The notes under the pieces were generated by a model. The model worked only from the letters and a program-made list of their open reading frames with translations. It was not told the DNA's origin and did no database searches. The position numbers and the translations under genes are program-made. DNA of 63,006 bases, the filler included, from Choristocarpus tenellus KU-1152 (taxonomy: Eukaryota; Protista; Phaeophyceae): the NCBI GenBank assembly GCA_964200185.2. It is 7 parts of 7 records of this genome, joined end to end, with 100 filler letters (N's around TTAATTAATTAA, not from the genome) between each part and the next. Parts side by side here need not be neighbours in the genome. Positions count along the whole stretch, not along the records: positions 1 to 18,713 come from CAXNAD020000522.1; 6 more parts are not named here. One strand, 5' to 3'. Positions 1 to 15,500 of the stretch are shown one piece after another. The number at the start of each line of letters is the position of its first letter. Positions within the stretch are counted from its first letter, which is position 1.

Positions 1-160
1 GGGGGGGGACTCTACACCAGGGTGTCTATTTCGCCAAATCAGGAAAAGGGCATTTGCATTATCCATCCGACATATGCAACCAAATCACCCAAAAATCGTG
101 ACATGAAAAAATTGGCCCCAGATGGACAGCCACCACCCCCCCCCCTAAATACTTTGAGCC
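1..160. mobile_element. MITE family A, left end truncated by contig start
   Basis: Ends in ATACTTTGAGCC; colinear with the complete copy at 38172-38350. Confidence 0.85.
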
Positions 161-537
161 ATTGAGGGGCATGTGGACCCTTTGCCTCTCCTATGACAGT
201 ATCCTACAAAAAATGTTCTAGAGTGATTACAAGTTTCAGCGGTTCATTCCAGCGGTTCCACTGATCCCAAATCCCTTGACACTCTGGCTACCAGTAAGAG
301 AAGTAGCAGTCTCTATCAGGAATTGCATTGCTCATGAGCAAATACTCCCCATATTTTGAAACAACAGACTCTATAGGTCGAGCGATCTTGTTTACTTTTT
401 GTGGAGTTGATCTCATGCGATCATGGCAACATTGGCACCAGTGTGCAGCATTGGGCGTGTATCAATTGTAAGATGTACTACATGGATGTGTGCAGGTGCG
501 AGGGGGTTGGGCTTGCGCTGATTGTGTTGCTACCCAC

Positions 538-3500
538 CTTGATGACCTTGTCCGGAATGTTGTCCTTGTCGTAGTCCTGCATGTCTGACAAGAATTTGTT
601 CACATTTGACAGCAGACTTTTCTTGGCTGCACCAAAATAATCGTTCACCTTGTTGGATATGCAAGCAAAAAGGGCATATTTGAAGCATTTCTATTTCATA
701 TTATGAAGAGAAATAGGGAATAGTTTCATTTCCTCCTACTCTACAATCTAATTTTGATTGCTTGCATCCTGGGCTACCCTTGTGCATTGTATTGATTCCC
801 AAATTTTATCATGAACCAGAAAAATGGTTCCATAAAGTAAACCTGACACGAACATCAAATGTAAGTTGATCCAAGAATTTGAAACATGTATGCCCTGCAA
901 GCTAAAAACTATGCCAATAGTATACCTGAACAGCAAAGAAATCAGAAAAGAGCTCAACTCATAGAATATCCCTTTTCCATTAGCCCTCTCTCCTATGTAG
1001 GTGCACTTTTTTTTCATGCTTTTCATTCTCACCTTCTTTCCTGGGTTATCGGGATCAGCAACTTTTTCAGGTTTAATACCAAACATGATACATGTGGCCT
1101 CCATGGTTAGCTTCACACCATATGGGGGCTTTCCAAGGCTTTTAACCTAATGGAGCACAACAGTTTAGGGGAACAGGAAGATATAATTATCAACATCCAC
1201 AGATACAGCTACAACTTCAAGGTAATGGTAACTCCTTTGCCTGTTTCCAGTATACTCGATATAGTGCACTATCTCATTGGTCTCAGGAGAATATCTTTTC
1301 ACTGCTGGTACAACATCCCAATTCGGAGGAGCAGCTATCTGCCCTCACATTGTAGATGTGGTCGCCTGGGTAAACTTAGTCAGGTGCATATCTCTAAACT
1401 CTGCATATCAAGAAAGAAAAGATGCAAATGGAAGGTGGAATAGCTTGCATTGCCGCAAATGGTGGGTGGACAAAGGATTGATGTGACTTTACCTCATCAA
1501 TATCTGACTTTTTCAGATCCTTCAGGCATGCCACCGCAACATCAAGTGCTGGGAGAGCCTCGTCCAAATCCCTTTGGGCGTCATCTGCAATTGCCTTGGT
1601 AGCAGCTGCCTTTTCCTGAGCCTCTGCTTCTTGGGCCTCAACCTATTGACATGGCCGAATATGGTGTACAATGGGTAGTTTGGGGATACACAAGCAGTAT
1701 GCGGTGGAGGAAGTTCATTGCCCTAAAAGGGGAAAAATTATGTGAGGATCTTTCCAAAGGATCAATGCTATTATGAAATCCAAGCAATTCAAACATCCTA
1801 TCGAAGAAAGCAAGCAAGCCAATTTCAAGCCTTGCCTTGCTTTGAGTCTTGGCTGCCTCTTCTTTGTCTTTGGTTATCTGCACAATCATGTCCTCCACTT
1901 CTGCCTGTGTGTGAATCAGCACAGGTTCCATAGCCGTCAACTGTTCTTGGAGACCCCCTACCTGCTCCTGTGTTGATATGATCTTATCCAGGCCAACCTA
2001 GAAGTTAGGGTTCGGTTTGATAAGCTTTCATATGTTTTTTTTCACCTAGGATGTATGGCAATGACATGTAGACCTCTAGCATGACACTCTTTACAAAAAA
2101 TATCAGCATTTTCGAAACTAAGACATGCTTTGGTGGAATGCCAGTATGCCTTGAAGTTGACATACATCATCATTGTGGACGCCATAGCGAAGGGATATTT
2201 CACATTCCATTGTTTGAAAGTATTTTGTCTTGTTGTGCGTGGATTGTGTCTTACCTGCAGCCGGTTCTTGAGTGTGCCAACCTCCTGGCGCTTCATATTT
2301 AGCACATTACGGTAGGTACTCAGCAGCTCCAGGTATGATGTGGGTGTGACATAGTTGTACCTTCTGAGACGAGAGAGAAATTGGGCCGACTCTTCTGCCA
2401 CCCTCTGATGCACATGCTTGACCATCTGTGTCAAAAGTGTAGGCATTCCATCACCTCATTTACGCCATGAAGCTTGAATAGATCAATACAAGAAATATGT
2501 AGAGGTTTAATAATTCCTTCAGTACACCTGATTCTAGACTTGTTGATTCTATAAATTGGATCAATGCAGAAAGTAGATTACCGCCAATGCAGTTGTATTT
2601 TGTTTTCTTGCAGTAACTAACCTCCACTACTTTCTGCTCATCGTCCCCTAGGGCCAGGTTGGATTCTGCAAGTGTTCTTGTCGCCACTGACTTCAGAGCC
2701 TGTTCACCATGTACATTGAAACCAACATACTGTATGTTAGTTCCAGTTTGTAGTGTATGGTGAGTTAGAAAGGCAAATGATAAGAACCTGATACTAAGAG
2801 TATCCTACCCCAATGGGAAAACATAGGAGCTGAAGAGAACTAGAAAATTTAAGGGAGATGTGAAAGGGCCACCAGCATTGAACACCTCTGTTATCTTGCA
2901 AGAGATGCGTGCATCAGTAGACGCAGTTTAGTGTTTTCTGAACGTTTTAACCCAATTGAGTTCATATTGTTACCCTCTACAACTTATGCAATCATCTGTG
3001 AATCATGATAGATAGTTGTCCCCTCCCTGCCTTTGAATGCAGGGTACTGCAAAAAAATGATCACAACAGTTGTTGTTCTTATGAAGTGTGTTGTGAGAAT
3101 CCCCATTCATGGTCTTGTATCCAAAGGAAGGTCTGCTTTAACAACTTGTGAAGAGTGCCTGTGTCCAAACACTCTAACTATATAAATAACCTAAGATGCC
3201 TTAAAAATATTATTTCTCCCTCACCTCATCAGGCCATTCCATGAACCAATCAATGGTGCAGCAGTTGACAATGGAGGGGAACATACGGAGGCGTGTACGG
3301 AATGCCTCTCCCAATGGCGACATGCAGAGCACGATATGAATATTTGATCGCACACGGTTGATGTACTGTACACGACCACCAAGGTTTTGAGGTACACAAG
3401 ACAGTGGTGAAGGAGTGTCAAATTGGTGTGATTTACAGGAATCTCCTATGTAGTAACAAGCTCAAAAAGAAAGGCGATGGACTCTTTTTGCTCTTATCAT

Positions 3501-6500
3501 GCGAAAAAAACTCTTGTTTCTTACTTTCATTTCATTTTCTATTTCCTTCACCTGCGCGAAGACGTTGAGCTTTGTTGGTGGAATTCGCTTCTTCACACAA
3601 AGGGGCCTGCATGCTGTCATAATGCGGTCCATCTCCTCTGGGCCATAGAGATTGGGGACATCACCTGAATTTAGGATGTTGTTCACATCCTCCAACATGC
3701 CTTCATCAATGATCTGGCGACCCAAAAGTAGTCAGATCAATGTTAGTAAATGTTGTGTATTGGTAAACATCAAGTATGCACCATTTGCTCGCAAGCTGAG
3801 GTTGAGATATTGGAAATTAATGAGTTATATATTTATATATTTTGTATACATTTTACTATATATGATTGGTTTGATAAGGAATGTGATAGGTAAACAAATT
3901 TCTGGCCATGAAATAACTATGGTAGTTAGAGGTTGCATGAGAGGATTCCAAACAGGTAGGGGACAAGATGGAGCTATTGTGTATACTGCTTCTGAGCTAC
4001 TGATTGCATATGGCAGCACACAAACGTAAGTTAGAATATTGTAAAACTATCTCTAGCACAGCATCAGCAAATGAGTCGAACTCTTTCTTGGCAACCATTC
4101 TTCATCAGTATAGACAAAACCTGAAGTCTCTATTTCAACTCAAACACACATCAACCAACAGGTTCGAAGTCAGCCGTCAACCTAATGGCAGGGCTATTAC
4201 GTATCCGGAACTAGCCTCAATAATATGCAACAACATCTCTCTCCAGTCAAAACATACAGTAATATATGGTGTTTTCATCATGTAGTTGTAGCTGCTGACT
4301 ATTATTTCACCCCTCAAGTTAGAGTTAGATGCGTACGATGGACTTGGAGGTATTGGACCATATATGAAACTATTTTTTTGGGCATGTAGTGCTGGCAAAG
4401 GGATGATGGTTTAATTGGGCAGGAGGTGATCAAGCAGGGAAGGTCGAACCTGTGTATCATTAAACAGGAAGACTACAGACTTGTCATCCACCCCAGCTTG
4501 CAGCAGACAGATCTTGAGGTCATCGTGCCATTCAACTTTCCCATAGTTCTTGGCTATCTCAATCTGGTAACAAGAGCACAGTATGGGTGTTTATTTGGGA
4601 GGTATGGTGTGGGAAAATGTTATTGCTGCAGTTGAAGAAATGCCATGGGTTTTTGCTGAAATGCTGTTGAGAGATTGTTGTCCCTCAGTGCTGCCTTGAA
4701 ATTGGAAAATTCATTTCCCACTTGATAAAATAGTCACCTGAAACAACAAAAAATCTGCCATGAACGTTGCTAGTCGAGTGAGGGACTGCCTCCCTGAACC
4801 TCCAACACCCAGCAGGAGTATATTGCCCATGGGCTGCCTGCACCAGCGGAATATGGCACAATTGGACACTCAGGCATAATTTTTATTTGGGATGGAGCTG
4901 AGGAAAACCACAATGTGAAATGATCTCATAATCGTGCCAGGGAAGAATCATAATGGCCTCAGGAATTGGGAGCTCATTGTTACCAAGATACTCCAAGCAA
5001 GATGTTAGTGAAGAGCTGCTATGTGAGAGAGCCAAAGTATCTTAGAGGGTAGGGCCGCGTCCATTTGGGAGCCAAATCCAATGTTGCGATTTTGGTGTAA
5101 TTTTGGCTATCGTGTTTCTCGGGAAGTGCCAATATCCTTTTTCTGGACACATCTTTTCATAACGTATACATTTGACCTACTCTGAAACATTTTGGAGTAG
5201 GAAAATGTAATATAAAAACCCATGGGAGGCCAAGCTCCAAATGGACAAACAGGGCAAAACTCATACCCTCTAAGATACTTTCACTCCTAGAGTGATATTG
5301 TGAGAGATATATTGCATGTAACTACTTGTACCCACAAGCCCAACCCTGGAATATGCAACAACAGCGAACAGCCTTAGGTTGCTCAGATCTACCTGATTAC
5401 ACGACTGATTCTTGAAACATGCTCAATGGCATCTCCAAACATGACAAGGTGCATGGGTTGTTTGCTCTCTGCATTAAACTCTGACAGGTACTCCTCCACC
5501 ATAGCCTGAAGCTGTTCATGATCCTTCACCTCTTCATACACCTTATGTGACATAACGGTGGTGGGGTCATGTCGTGGATGGACAAGCGCAGAAACACTGT
5601 AGACACCTGCGTCTCATCTCGTGATAGGAGTTGGGGATAAGCATTCCAGGGCTAGTCACATGAATTCTTCAGAGTTTCGTCACCTCACAATTGTGCATAA
5701 GCAGCTTGGTAGAGAGTACATTGTAATGTTTTTCAGCAGCTCAATAGATCCTGGGGGCCATGTCTGCATGGAAATTATACATCATCCACAGGGGCCAAAA
5801 TTGTTACATTTCCCTTCACATTGAACCTCGTTCCAGTACATCAGTACCAAATCTGTGTGTTACTGAATCCTATTGTTGCACTGATAGACTAGTTCACCTT
5901 AGGATCTGCACCCGGGATCATGAAGTCCACACACATAATACGACTGTGAGTGGACCCTTCGTTCCCAATTATATCATTCCACAAAAAGCCCAGCCGTTGT
6001 TCCCCCTGAACTTTGGTCAGGGCTTCGAACCAACTCTTATCTTCATAGGATATCAAGCGGTCAGCGAATACCCTTCGATTCTCGTGTACCCACACACGAG
6101 CCAGGTCTGAAGCTGAGGAGACCTTCCGATGGTCCATCATCAACAGGCCCTGTTTGGTAGTTGCAAGTGAGGCTGGAGCAATAAGAATTAAGATCTAAAT
6201 CTCCTCCCAGAGACAAGTGTCACGTGAATGAGGGCCTGCCAATGCGGTAGATAGTTGGAACTTCCTATGTGTAGCCTGTACAGCATATTCTTGAGGCAAG
6301 TACAGTCTTTCGGGAAAAGGTGTAATCTACGTCCTGTGTTCAAGACAACATGATCAGTCCCTCATTGTTAAGGTTGCTACAATAAATGGAGTGGATGAGA
6401 AAGAAGGGAAGGATGTACTCATGTGAGTAAACTTACCTCCAGCAACTATGTAGAATTCTTGACTAGATCAACAGAACTTCACTGCATTGTCAGGACAAGG

Positions 6501-9500
6501 CTCGTTGGACCAGTACTCTGTTTGGTTAGGTGGGTCCTATATGTACTGGAAATCATTTCTTACAGCGTGAGAATATACAGGTAAGTGTTTTAGCAGGTTG
6601 TAGCGATATCTTTGGGTCAGGCCTGGCCTAGTTTGGTGCTCTAGAGAGATATACCCCTAGTTCTTGTTGTAAAGCGATTTCTGGTGCTGACTAGGTCTCT
6701 GCACTCATCCCACAAGGTATTTTGCTAATGCACCTTTAAAGATACCGTAGCCCATGAATAAGATGACAACAATATCATGATGTTGAGGGGTCTATTTGAT
6801 TGTGATTTAGTTATTTTATCAGGGAGATAAGAGTTCTTGAAATAAAAAAATTATAGTACTGCATCAGTTAGCTTTTGCAATATGATTACAATTGATTTCT
6901 TCTTGTATTTTAGAGGTTGCAGACATGAACTCATGCTTCCTGCGCTCAATTATCTCTTTGACATACCTGGAACACCTTTGATAGATCCCTGAGATTATAG
7001 GTATAGTGACTTTTGGTTGGAGTTGGTCGCAAGTCTCTCAGGATAGTGTTGTATATGCCAACTGTGGCGTCCACTATGGGATCTGCCAGAGCCTTGCACT
7101 CGGCCGAGAATCGCTCAAGGAAGTTCGAGAATATTGTACGGAAGATAAGCTTCATGCTCTCGTCCTGCATGGAGGCATACCTATTGTTCAGCAATGAAAA
7201 TGAGTTCAGGTTAGGATGGTAAACTGTGAATCTCGTCCCTTTTCCCCCCATCACTTGGAAGGCATTGGGTATATAAGCATTTTGGAGCTCTGCAACTTAC
7301 AACAGATATAGTAGACTATCTAGCAATTGCTTATGAAGTCACGAGTAAACTACAAAATTTCCAACATTCTCAACTGTGGCACTCATCGCGCTGCCCTGCA
7401 AAAAAGTGTGCACCTACCTCTTGCTCCCATAAAATTGGATAAATTAATGCACGATTGCCACCCCACTTGCACAACAGGCACAGACATCACTACGATCTTG
7501 CTGGTGGTAGTAAGTGATGAGAAAATTCACAGAGATGTAGTCAGCATGATCTCTCTTACTCACCCAATGACATTGAAGTGCCTGAAAAATCGTGCTGTAA
7601 CAGGGTTCCTGCCTCCTCCAGGTGGACCACAAGCACATACAAATACCACATCAATAATCTGGCGGAACTGGAGCGCACTTCTGTCGTACCTAAGTGTAAG
7701 TAAGACACATCGAGAGCACCGAAAATGTTTTATTTTTGTGCCTATCTGGATGAAAAGGAACCATTAAGCTTATGCAGGTTGTGAAAAAGGAGTCAGAAAA
7801 TAAGATGTAAGGGTGTACTGACATGGGTGTTGTTGGCCATGAGGTAAATTGTGAGCTGGTAGATGATATTATTGACAACCCCAATACACTCTGCATGTCT
7901 TAGGAAGATAGATATTATTCCTAAGCAATGGGGACAGAAATTCCTCAGCTTTAATCATGGGGTGAAACATTCCATTTTGATCACATATGAATACAAAGTT
8001 CAGTGATTAGGACAACTAGTAAAGTTGCTAGAGCTGTAATGGCATGGCAGAGCTAGGTTTCGCAGACACATTTATCGCTTTGTAATAGATAAGGGAAGGA
8101 ATAGCACTTCCTACCAGCCACCACTGTCGAACCACTGTCGCAAGAGCTCAATGGGCGGCTGTGCACCATAGTACTCGCGCGTAGGCATATTGACATCGTC
8201 AACAAACAGGATAAACTTCTTGCCCGCTGTTGGACCAAATACACCCTTTCGTCTTTTCTCGCACTTGCCATCAATCAGGTCCTGATATAGGGGTGGATGT
8301 GTGATTGATGTTGAAAATCGAAATAGCATTCCCTTACATGGCAGGAGGACATCTTGTACTGCTCCAGAACAAGGAGACTATTGAAGGTCTTGAGATGGGA
8401 ACAACATTGTATCTTGGGGTTGGCAAGAGAGGAAATATCAAGCCCTTGAAAGGGGAAAAAAATATTGGTTCATACCTGGGTCTGATTCGCGGACGTCTGG
8501 GCGGAAAAGGTAAGGCAGAGGGGAACATAGGTGTCGGATAGCCCTCCCTGGAGGTGTTGTACAATGTTCACAGTCTTCCCTGTGCCGGTTGGCCCTGGAC
8601 AAGCACATACGAAAAGAATGGGCTGATAGTCAAACTCATAACAGCGTAGAGACGTAGGCCAAGGTGATTAGTTGACATATAGAAAGGGTGTAGAATCTTA
8701 TCTTCTTAGAGACTAGAGCCTAGAGCCCCATCCTTGACAGCATACTTTCGCATCTGTTCCTACCTAAAAGGACAACAAATAGTCCTTTGAAAAAATCAGA
8801 GATAACCTACCCATTAAATGTTCCTGCATCCATCCTGTCGAATCAACATGCTTAACATAATGAAGTTGTTGCTGTACCACGAACCTGTCATGAGCACATG
8901 CTGGTCACCAGTAACCAGGAGGTTCAGAAGGTAAGTGTAGCGCACACTATCAACTGTCGGAATGATGAGCTCTGAGAATGTCAACTTTGGATCGTGCCTT
9001 GAAAGTGGTGGGCGGCAAAGTATCAGATGCAGTTTCTTGTTCATGTTAGGAGAGTATTTTGTTGATATTGATTGGGTTGGGTTTTGACAGAAAACTGCTA
9101 GTTGGAAACGAGGTGTGTGGGAATTGGAGAATAGCTGAATTAATTAGATGGGTAGTGCACGTACTCATCACATCAAATAACATATTGTGCAGGGAATCAC
9201 CTTTTTGCTCTTCTTCATACACATCTGCTTTAGGTTCAAAGTATCTGGGGGGGTGTGACGGCTGTCCATTTGGGGCCAACTTTTTCATGTCGTAATTTTT
9301 GGGATGATTTTGTTGCATAACGTCGGATGGATATTGTAAGCGCACCTTTTCTGGTTTTGGTTCAAATGGACACCCTGGTGTAGACAGACCCCCCCCACAG
9401 ATACTTTGTGTCTTCAATATTTCCCCAACTGGAAAAAGCATGCAGGAGGACACTTATTCATAACAAAAATAGTCACAAATCTTTCTGAAGTGTCTCAAAA

Positions 9501-12500
9501 TGTGCCGGTCGCACAGTAACACAACAAAGTGAAAGGTGACTTATGGTCCTGTGCCGCACCCTCATTTCACACTGAATCATGATCTTGAACCCTCAAACCA
9601 TAACTGGGTAGCTTGCATTGGCTGGTTTTTGTACACTATTGGATAAGCAAAAAAATATAACGGTGGCAAGAAAATATCTCTACTTGAAATGAAGAAGAAC
9701 GAACCAAGGTAGAAAATGTAGTGCTGCATGCCAGGGCAATATCCAACTCAACCTCTCACTTGTATGGATCAACTGTTTCCATCCAAGGTACCCACTCCCC
9801 CTTTTCTTGGTCAAAGCTGTAGTCATACACAAGCTGACCCTCTGGGAATGGTTTTGATGCACCAGCGGAATACATCTCTTCCCTGAGTGAGCAGATTTTA
9901 TAAACAGAAGAGAACACTTGTAAATATATATATATATATACCGATGTTGAAACGGACATCATGAGAAAACTAAAGATTGAAGCATTGTGAGGATGGTATA
10001 TCAGAGCTGTGATTAAAGGGACAGCAAAAGTAACTAACGTACTGAGGTGGGTTTACTATTGATAGTGAATTATATGGTGTAGCTCAGAAGCTCATAATAC
10101 TACCTTGGGTAAAAGTCAGAACACCTGCTGACTTCTTAAAGCCTTGGCTGGACTCACCTTAAATATTGGTCCATGAACACCCTTCCCTCCTGACTGACAG
10201 TAGCAAGTAGTGACCATACCATGGCAAATATAAACATGGGTTCAATATTGATCTTGAGTTGGGCTTCTTCCTCTGGGGTTTTGCGGCTGACTCCCTCGAA
10301 AGGTCTGTACTCCTCAAAATAGCAGTCCAGGATGTTCATCAATCCCTGAACAAGGCAATTATCAACCTGAGGACACAAGGAGAAAATTGTGAGGTCACTG
10401 CTACCGTCTGACTCGCTTCAAAATGTTGCCCCTCGAGTCCCTATTGGTATCTTGTGGATATTGGGCAGGTGAAACGATCAAACAACGGTTTTCGATCCAT
10501 CCAGGTGATGTGTAATGGACACTTCTGTTTCTTACAGCAAAATGCTGCCGCTCAAGTGTCCTGTTGTCATCACGTGGATATTGGAAATTTATTGGATCCA
10601 TATAAGTATATTTATTTGCCACTACAATAAGTAGGAACAAAAAAAATACGTAGCTTTTCTCGCAGTATTAATCATACAGTGCAATAGGACATTACTGTCG
10701 TTTCAACATTATTTGATTGTGTGTGAAATCGATGACTGAAGTGAAATCTCCTTCATAAAAAATTTCAGCTATGTACTTCTTCCTTCAAAATGTAGTTTGC
10801 AGCATTGAAAAGCAGTAGAAATACTCCTTCCATAACAAGAGCCATCTCTTGGAATAATTGCCCTCACATAAATACAATACACAGTTGCTCATGGGGACGC
10901 AGGGATGCTCACCGTTGGCAGGGGCTCGTTGCAAAAGCGACGAAGGGCTCCAAGGGCTGAGGTGACATAAGTGTCGAACAGGAGGCATAGAAGAGTCCTG
11001 TGTGGATACGTAGGACAATTTATACTCTTTGAAGAATGACTCTTTTTTGTTCTTGTTCAAGAAATATTTCAGCAATCCTGCCAAGTTTGTTCTCAACAGA
11101 TAGAAGGTTATCTAGAGTTCACATGATATGGTTCCCTCTACATCTGATTACGCCCCAATCCAGGATGTAGTGCAGAAACCCACAAAATACAAGTGATGCA
11201 TAGATCACTGCTTTCAGAATACGACTGTTCAATGCAAAGTTAAATGACAAAGAAAAAAATTCCATATATAATATATCCTCCCATCAGAATAGAATGTCCA
11301 AAATTTAATTACCACAGGTGTAAGTTGCTATTTATGTCCTTTGCAATAATATGTACCAAGGAATCGATGTAGCTGCAAGCTGCAGGGCTGTAAGATGGGA
11401 CTGGACGCATCTGCTCAATTTACCACCCTTTGAGCATATATTATGCCTTTCAAAAAATATGTATGGTGTGCTAACAAAGTCCCCCTGCGATAGAGCACTT
11501 CACATTTGCTCTCATACCGTGCCACCCCCACCAACGCAATTTCAAATCAGTTATGCTGGTGACTACAAGAACGCATTCAATGTCAACTGTTGACATTCTA
11601 TTTGCACTAGTTACCTTTCCTTTGTCTCCAGGACATCTGGCAGCTGAGCGAGCCATGACTGCACTACAGGGTCGAATCCAAGGCTTTTGGGCTCCATGTA
11701 GATCATCCCACATCTTGACACTGTAGCAGGGGATGCTACAGCAAGATCCTCTGGCTCGAACATCATAGTCATGGGTTCTGAAAGTGACATGATCTCGCCT
11801 GAGGTGAGGCACAGCTGGAAGTACCGGTGCAGAATGTGCGGGTTGGTTAACAAGGGAAAATATGTTGTGTGTTACATTGCTACCCTGAAAAACTGACCGT
11901 GGAAATATATTGTTATAGTCAATGTACAGGGGGGATCAGAAGGGTAGGTCACAAGGTCAACGGTTTGCCACTTGAAGACTATCCAGCCATGAATTTTGAT
12001 CAGGAATATTGAAGCATGAGGGAAGAGGTTGTTGAGCAGGAGGTGATCCAGATTGAAATCGAGTCTGCTTCTAAGGGTAAATATGCTTCAAAGTACAGAA
12101 TGCCACATGTAGTTTTATATCCACATGCACATTGTTCACTCGGCACATTGATAACATTGCATTTAGTTCTCACTTTTCCAACTGAGATATGACCACTTGA
12201 GCAGATCTGCTGGGAGTAAGCGAGCAGCAACTCTATGCTTACCTTTTTGTTGTCATCAAGGACAGTGTTCATGTTCTCAATCCAGATTGCGTCTACAGGA
12301 CCATCAAAGAGGACCCACTGCAAGTCAGGGACTTCCTTTCTAGCACAATTGCGCACCAGGTCTGCGAGAATGCCATCCTGTACCAAGGAAGAGACAGCAA
12401 GGTCCAACAGACGTTATCAAACACCAATCAAAACTCTTGTACCCTCAAGAGAATAGGCAGTTTAAATTGAGTATGGCTGTCCTGACCCGATACCTGATCT

Positions 12501-15500
12501 TCAAGGGAGATTGTTGCAAAAGTCTGAAACAGCAATTCACATTCCGGCACTGGTTGCAAACTTGCACTCGAATCACAGCAAAGCATTGCAATACAGATCC
12601 CACAGTCGTTCAAACAGTATTTTCTTGACCACATTCCCATGCTGCAAATGAGCCAAAGTAGATAAGAGGTACCAGGTTTTGACGTTTGTCATTTTAAGCC
12701 ACGTTTTATTCTTTTACAACTCACCCATAATTCTATGGATAAAGTTCTAGGTTTGACTTGAGAATATTGATTCTCTTTTTTTATTCAAAAAATATCCTAT
12801 ACACATTTGTAAGAATAGACGCATTTTGCACATTGTTGTCAACATCCTTTCTGAGTAACTCTCATTTACTTAGACTCAATGCTCCAAATTCTCCAAATAC
12901 AGCTTAGAGTCCCATAGAAGCGTTTATGGAACTGTTATGACATTATACATATATCAACACTCATATTCCCTCTTGTCTGTTTGGTCACATGTCAAAATAG
13001 TTTCGCGAATTCTAAGGACACCATTCATCATAGTTACTTAAAACCAAGTTACTTATTAATGACATCTCACCTGCCACTCATGCGTGTTGTCGTCGAATTC
13101 ACCGTACAATTGACCCATGGTGATTGACTTAGGATTGAGGTGAAATGTCTCCACATTTTCGTAGCGGTCCCCCTCAACGTTCAATCTCTGCCAGTGGCCA
13201 ATCATACGTGTTAGAGTAACAGCAAAGCAAGAAAGGGATGTCACAGATCGGCAAGGCATAAAGGAGGCACAAGAACCTATGAGCATGGCCCAAAATAATG
13301 AGAGGAATTAATGAATGGGTGCACAAAAACCAAGCGGGTGCTTACCGGTTAATCTGGTGGGGTTAATCTGGTGGGGTTCAAAGCATGCATGTATATTAAT
13401 GGCATGCTTTTGTAGATTTTTTTTTAATGGGTTTGGTTAACCAGACCTGAGGCAGTGATCAAATTTGGAGTATGTGACTGTCAGAAGGGTAACGTACCTT
13501 GAGGTATGCCAAGGCCTCTTTCAGCACAGCAATATTCTTGCTCTTGCCTCCCCCTGTAGGACCCACCACCATTAACCCATGTCGAACACATATCATCTCG
13601 TACAGCTCAATTGACTTCTTGACGAAAATTGGCACCTGTTTATGTAAGTCGAGAAGCAGGAGAAAATGTGGAGGGCAGACAATGCACACATTTTGAAGTG
13701 TTTTTCGTAATTAAACTATACCCATCCGAGTTATGATTTGACATGATTAGCACATGCTAGGGGTTCTACATCGAGTCACTATTTAATTTTTTTATGACCA
13801 TGCCATTTTCCCTCTTTCTGTGACCACTGTTGTATTGCTTGGAAGATAATGGAAAGTCCAGTTGTATAGGTAAGCAAGAGGTTGCGGTCATTGATAATTC
13901 AGAATAGATTGAGAGAGGATATCTATTCAGAGGTAGGCACGTTTGAGCCCTTTGTATTCTAAGCCATCTTTCTTACCCTGTGCAATACACTCTACGTCTT
14001 TGCTTTGTGTGCACAAGAGTGTACGCAAACTTGATATTCCCCCTTTCCACACACAAAGTGACACTACAACTAAACCAAGAATCTTTCTGCAATTGAACAA
14101 AATTGAGTTCTTTTTTCCTTTTCTCGGGATCCTTAGAATGCAACTCTGCCTACCTTTCATTGGGTTTGGATCAGGGTGAAAAGGTTGCCATGGTCATGAA
14201 GACATTTCAATCTTCAGAGCATTTAGTTAACTAGTCCAGAATGTTACACTTGAATCGAGAACATTATAGTTGAGCCAATGGTTTCAACCACCAAAAACAC
14301 GAGTGCAAGCCATGAAAAGTGTCACACCATATCAATGGCAGTCATGAGCATTGCTCCATGACCTTCCTTACCGGCTGCAGTCCCTGGTTTTGCATGGCAA
14401 GCTTAAGCGCATTCATCAGTGGTCCATAGTCAAATGCTGGTCTCTCAATCCCTGGGAAAAGGTCACTAAGGATGCCACCGAAGAGGGGCAGATCATGTGC
14501 AAGAAATTTGGGCACATTGACATCCTTGTGTAACATACAGACAGGGGGTAGTGTCAACTCTTGGTGAGTGCTGAGCAAATAATAGTACGCTTGCATTGTC
14601 AAGGAGAGGAAGATCGCAGAAGCATCACCATTCCATCACCTTTTCCATCCAATGGGAAACCATGATTGCTGATTATCCTCGAGGACTATACTTCTTTCCC
14701 TTGCCTAACACCTTTCATAGACCCAATGCTATCTACGAGCAACCTTCTACCTAGAAGTTACACCCACGTCAGACTGTCTCAGGAGAATTTAGGAAGGGGA
14801 ACAAGGTGGGATCAGACGCACAGGATTAAAAAAAATTACCTGAAGGGCTCTCAGCAACAATGCCTCCTCGTTTTCTTCTGGACTGGCCCTCTTTAGATTT
14901 CCTGCAGCTGTGATAACTGTCTTGACAGCACGCATGCCATAGTCATAGTGATCCTGGGGAAAAAGGGGAAGCCATTATTTATAGACAAAGAAGGACAACA
15001 ACCTCCCAGTTAGTCACAGCGCATCTGAGCGAGGGTGGTCAAAACTACACATCAAATAACCCCTACGTTTGAACATTAGTATTACAGTATGAGTAATCAG
15101 ATCCATAAAATTGTTTCCCAGCACTGGCGTATAAGGTGATATTGTTGCCAAAATACCACTACAGGACACATGAAATAAAGCTATTGCCCCTGCCCATAAA
15201 TTGCTGAATCCATGGAAAATAATCCTGTAGCTCGAGTATGATTGAAGAACTCTCGATCAAACATATTATTGGCTTGTTCGTTGGACTAGCTTGTATCATA
15301 TAATCATTCCCAGTATAGTAGTTCTGTTGCTTTAGTTGTCATTAGTTCAAATGAAGTTGATGTGGGATAGGAAGTAATGCAATTTCTAGCATGTATCTTT
15401 CCCATAAGCTATTGAGCAGTAAACAAATTGGTGCAGTTGTGATCATTGCACTAGGTATTATAGGGCGAGACATTGTAAGTCTTTCCCCACCCCCCACCCC

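Noticed and set aside
13347-13378. Tandem duplications GGTTAATCTGGTGG x2 and CTGAGAATGTCTAAGAT x2 (about 29563-29600)
   Set aside because: Simple local slippage duplications; no spacers, not CRISPR-like
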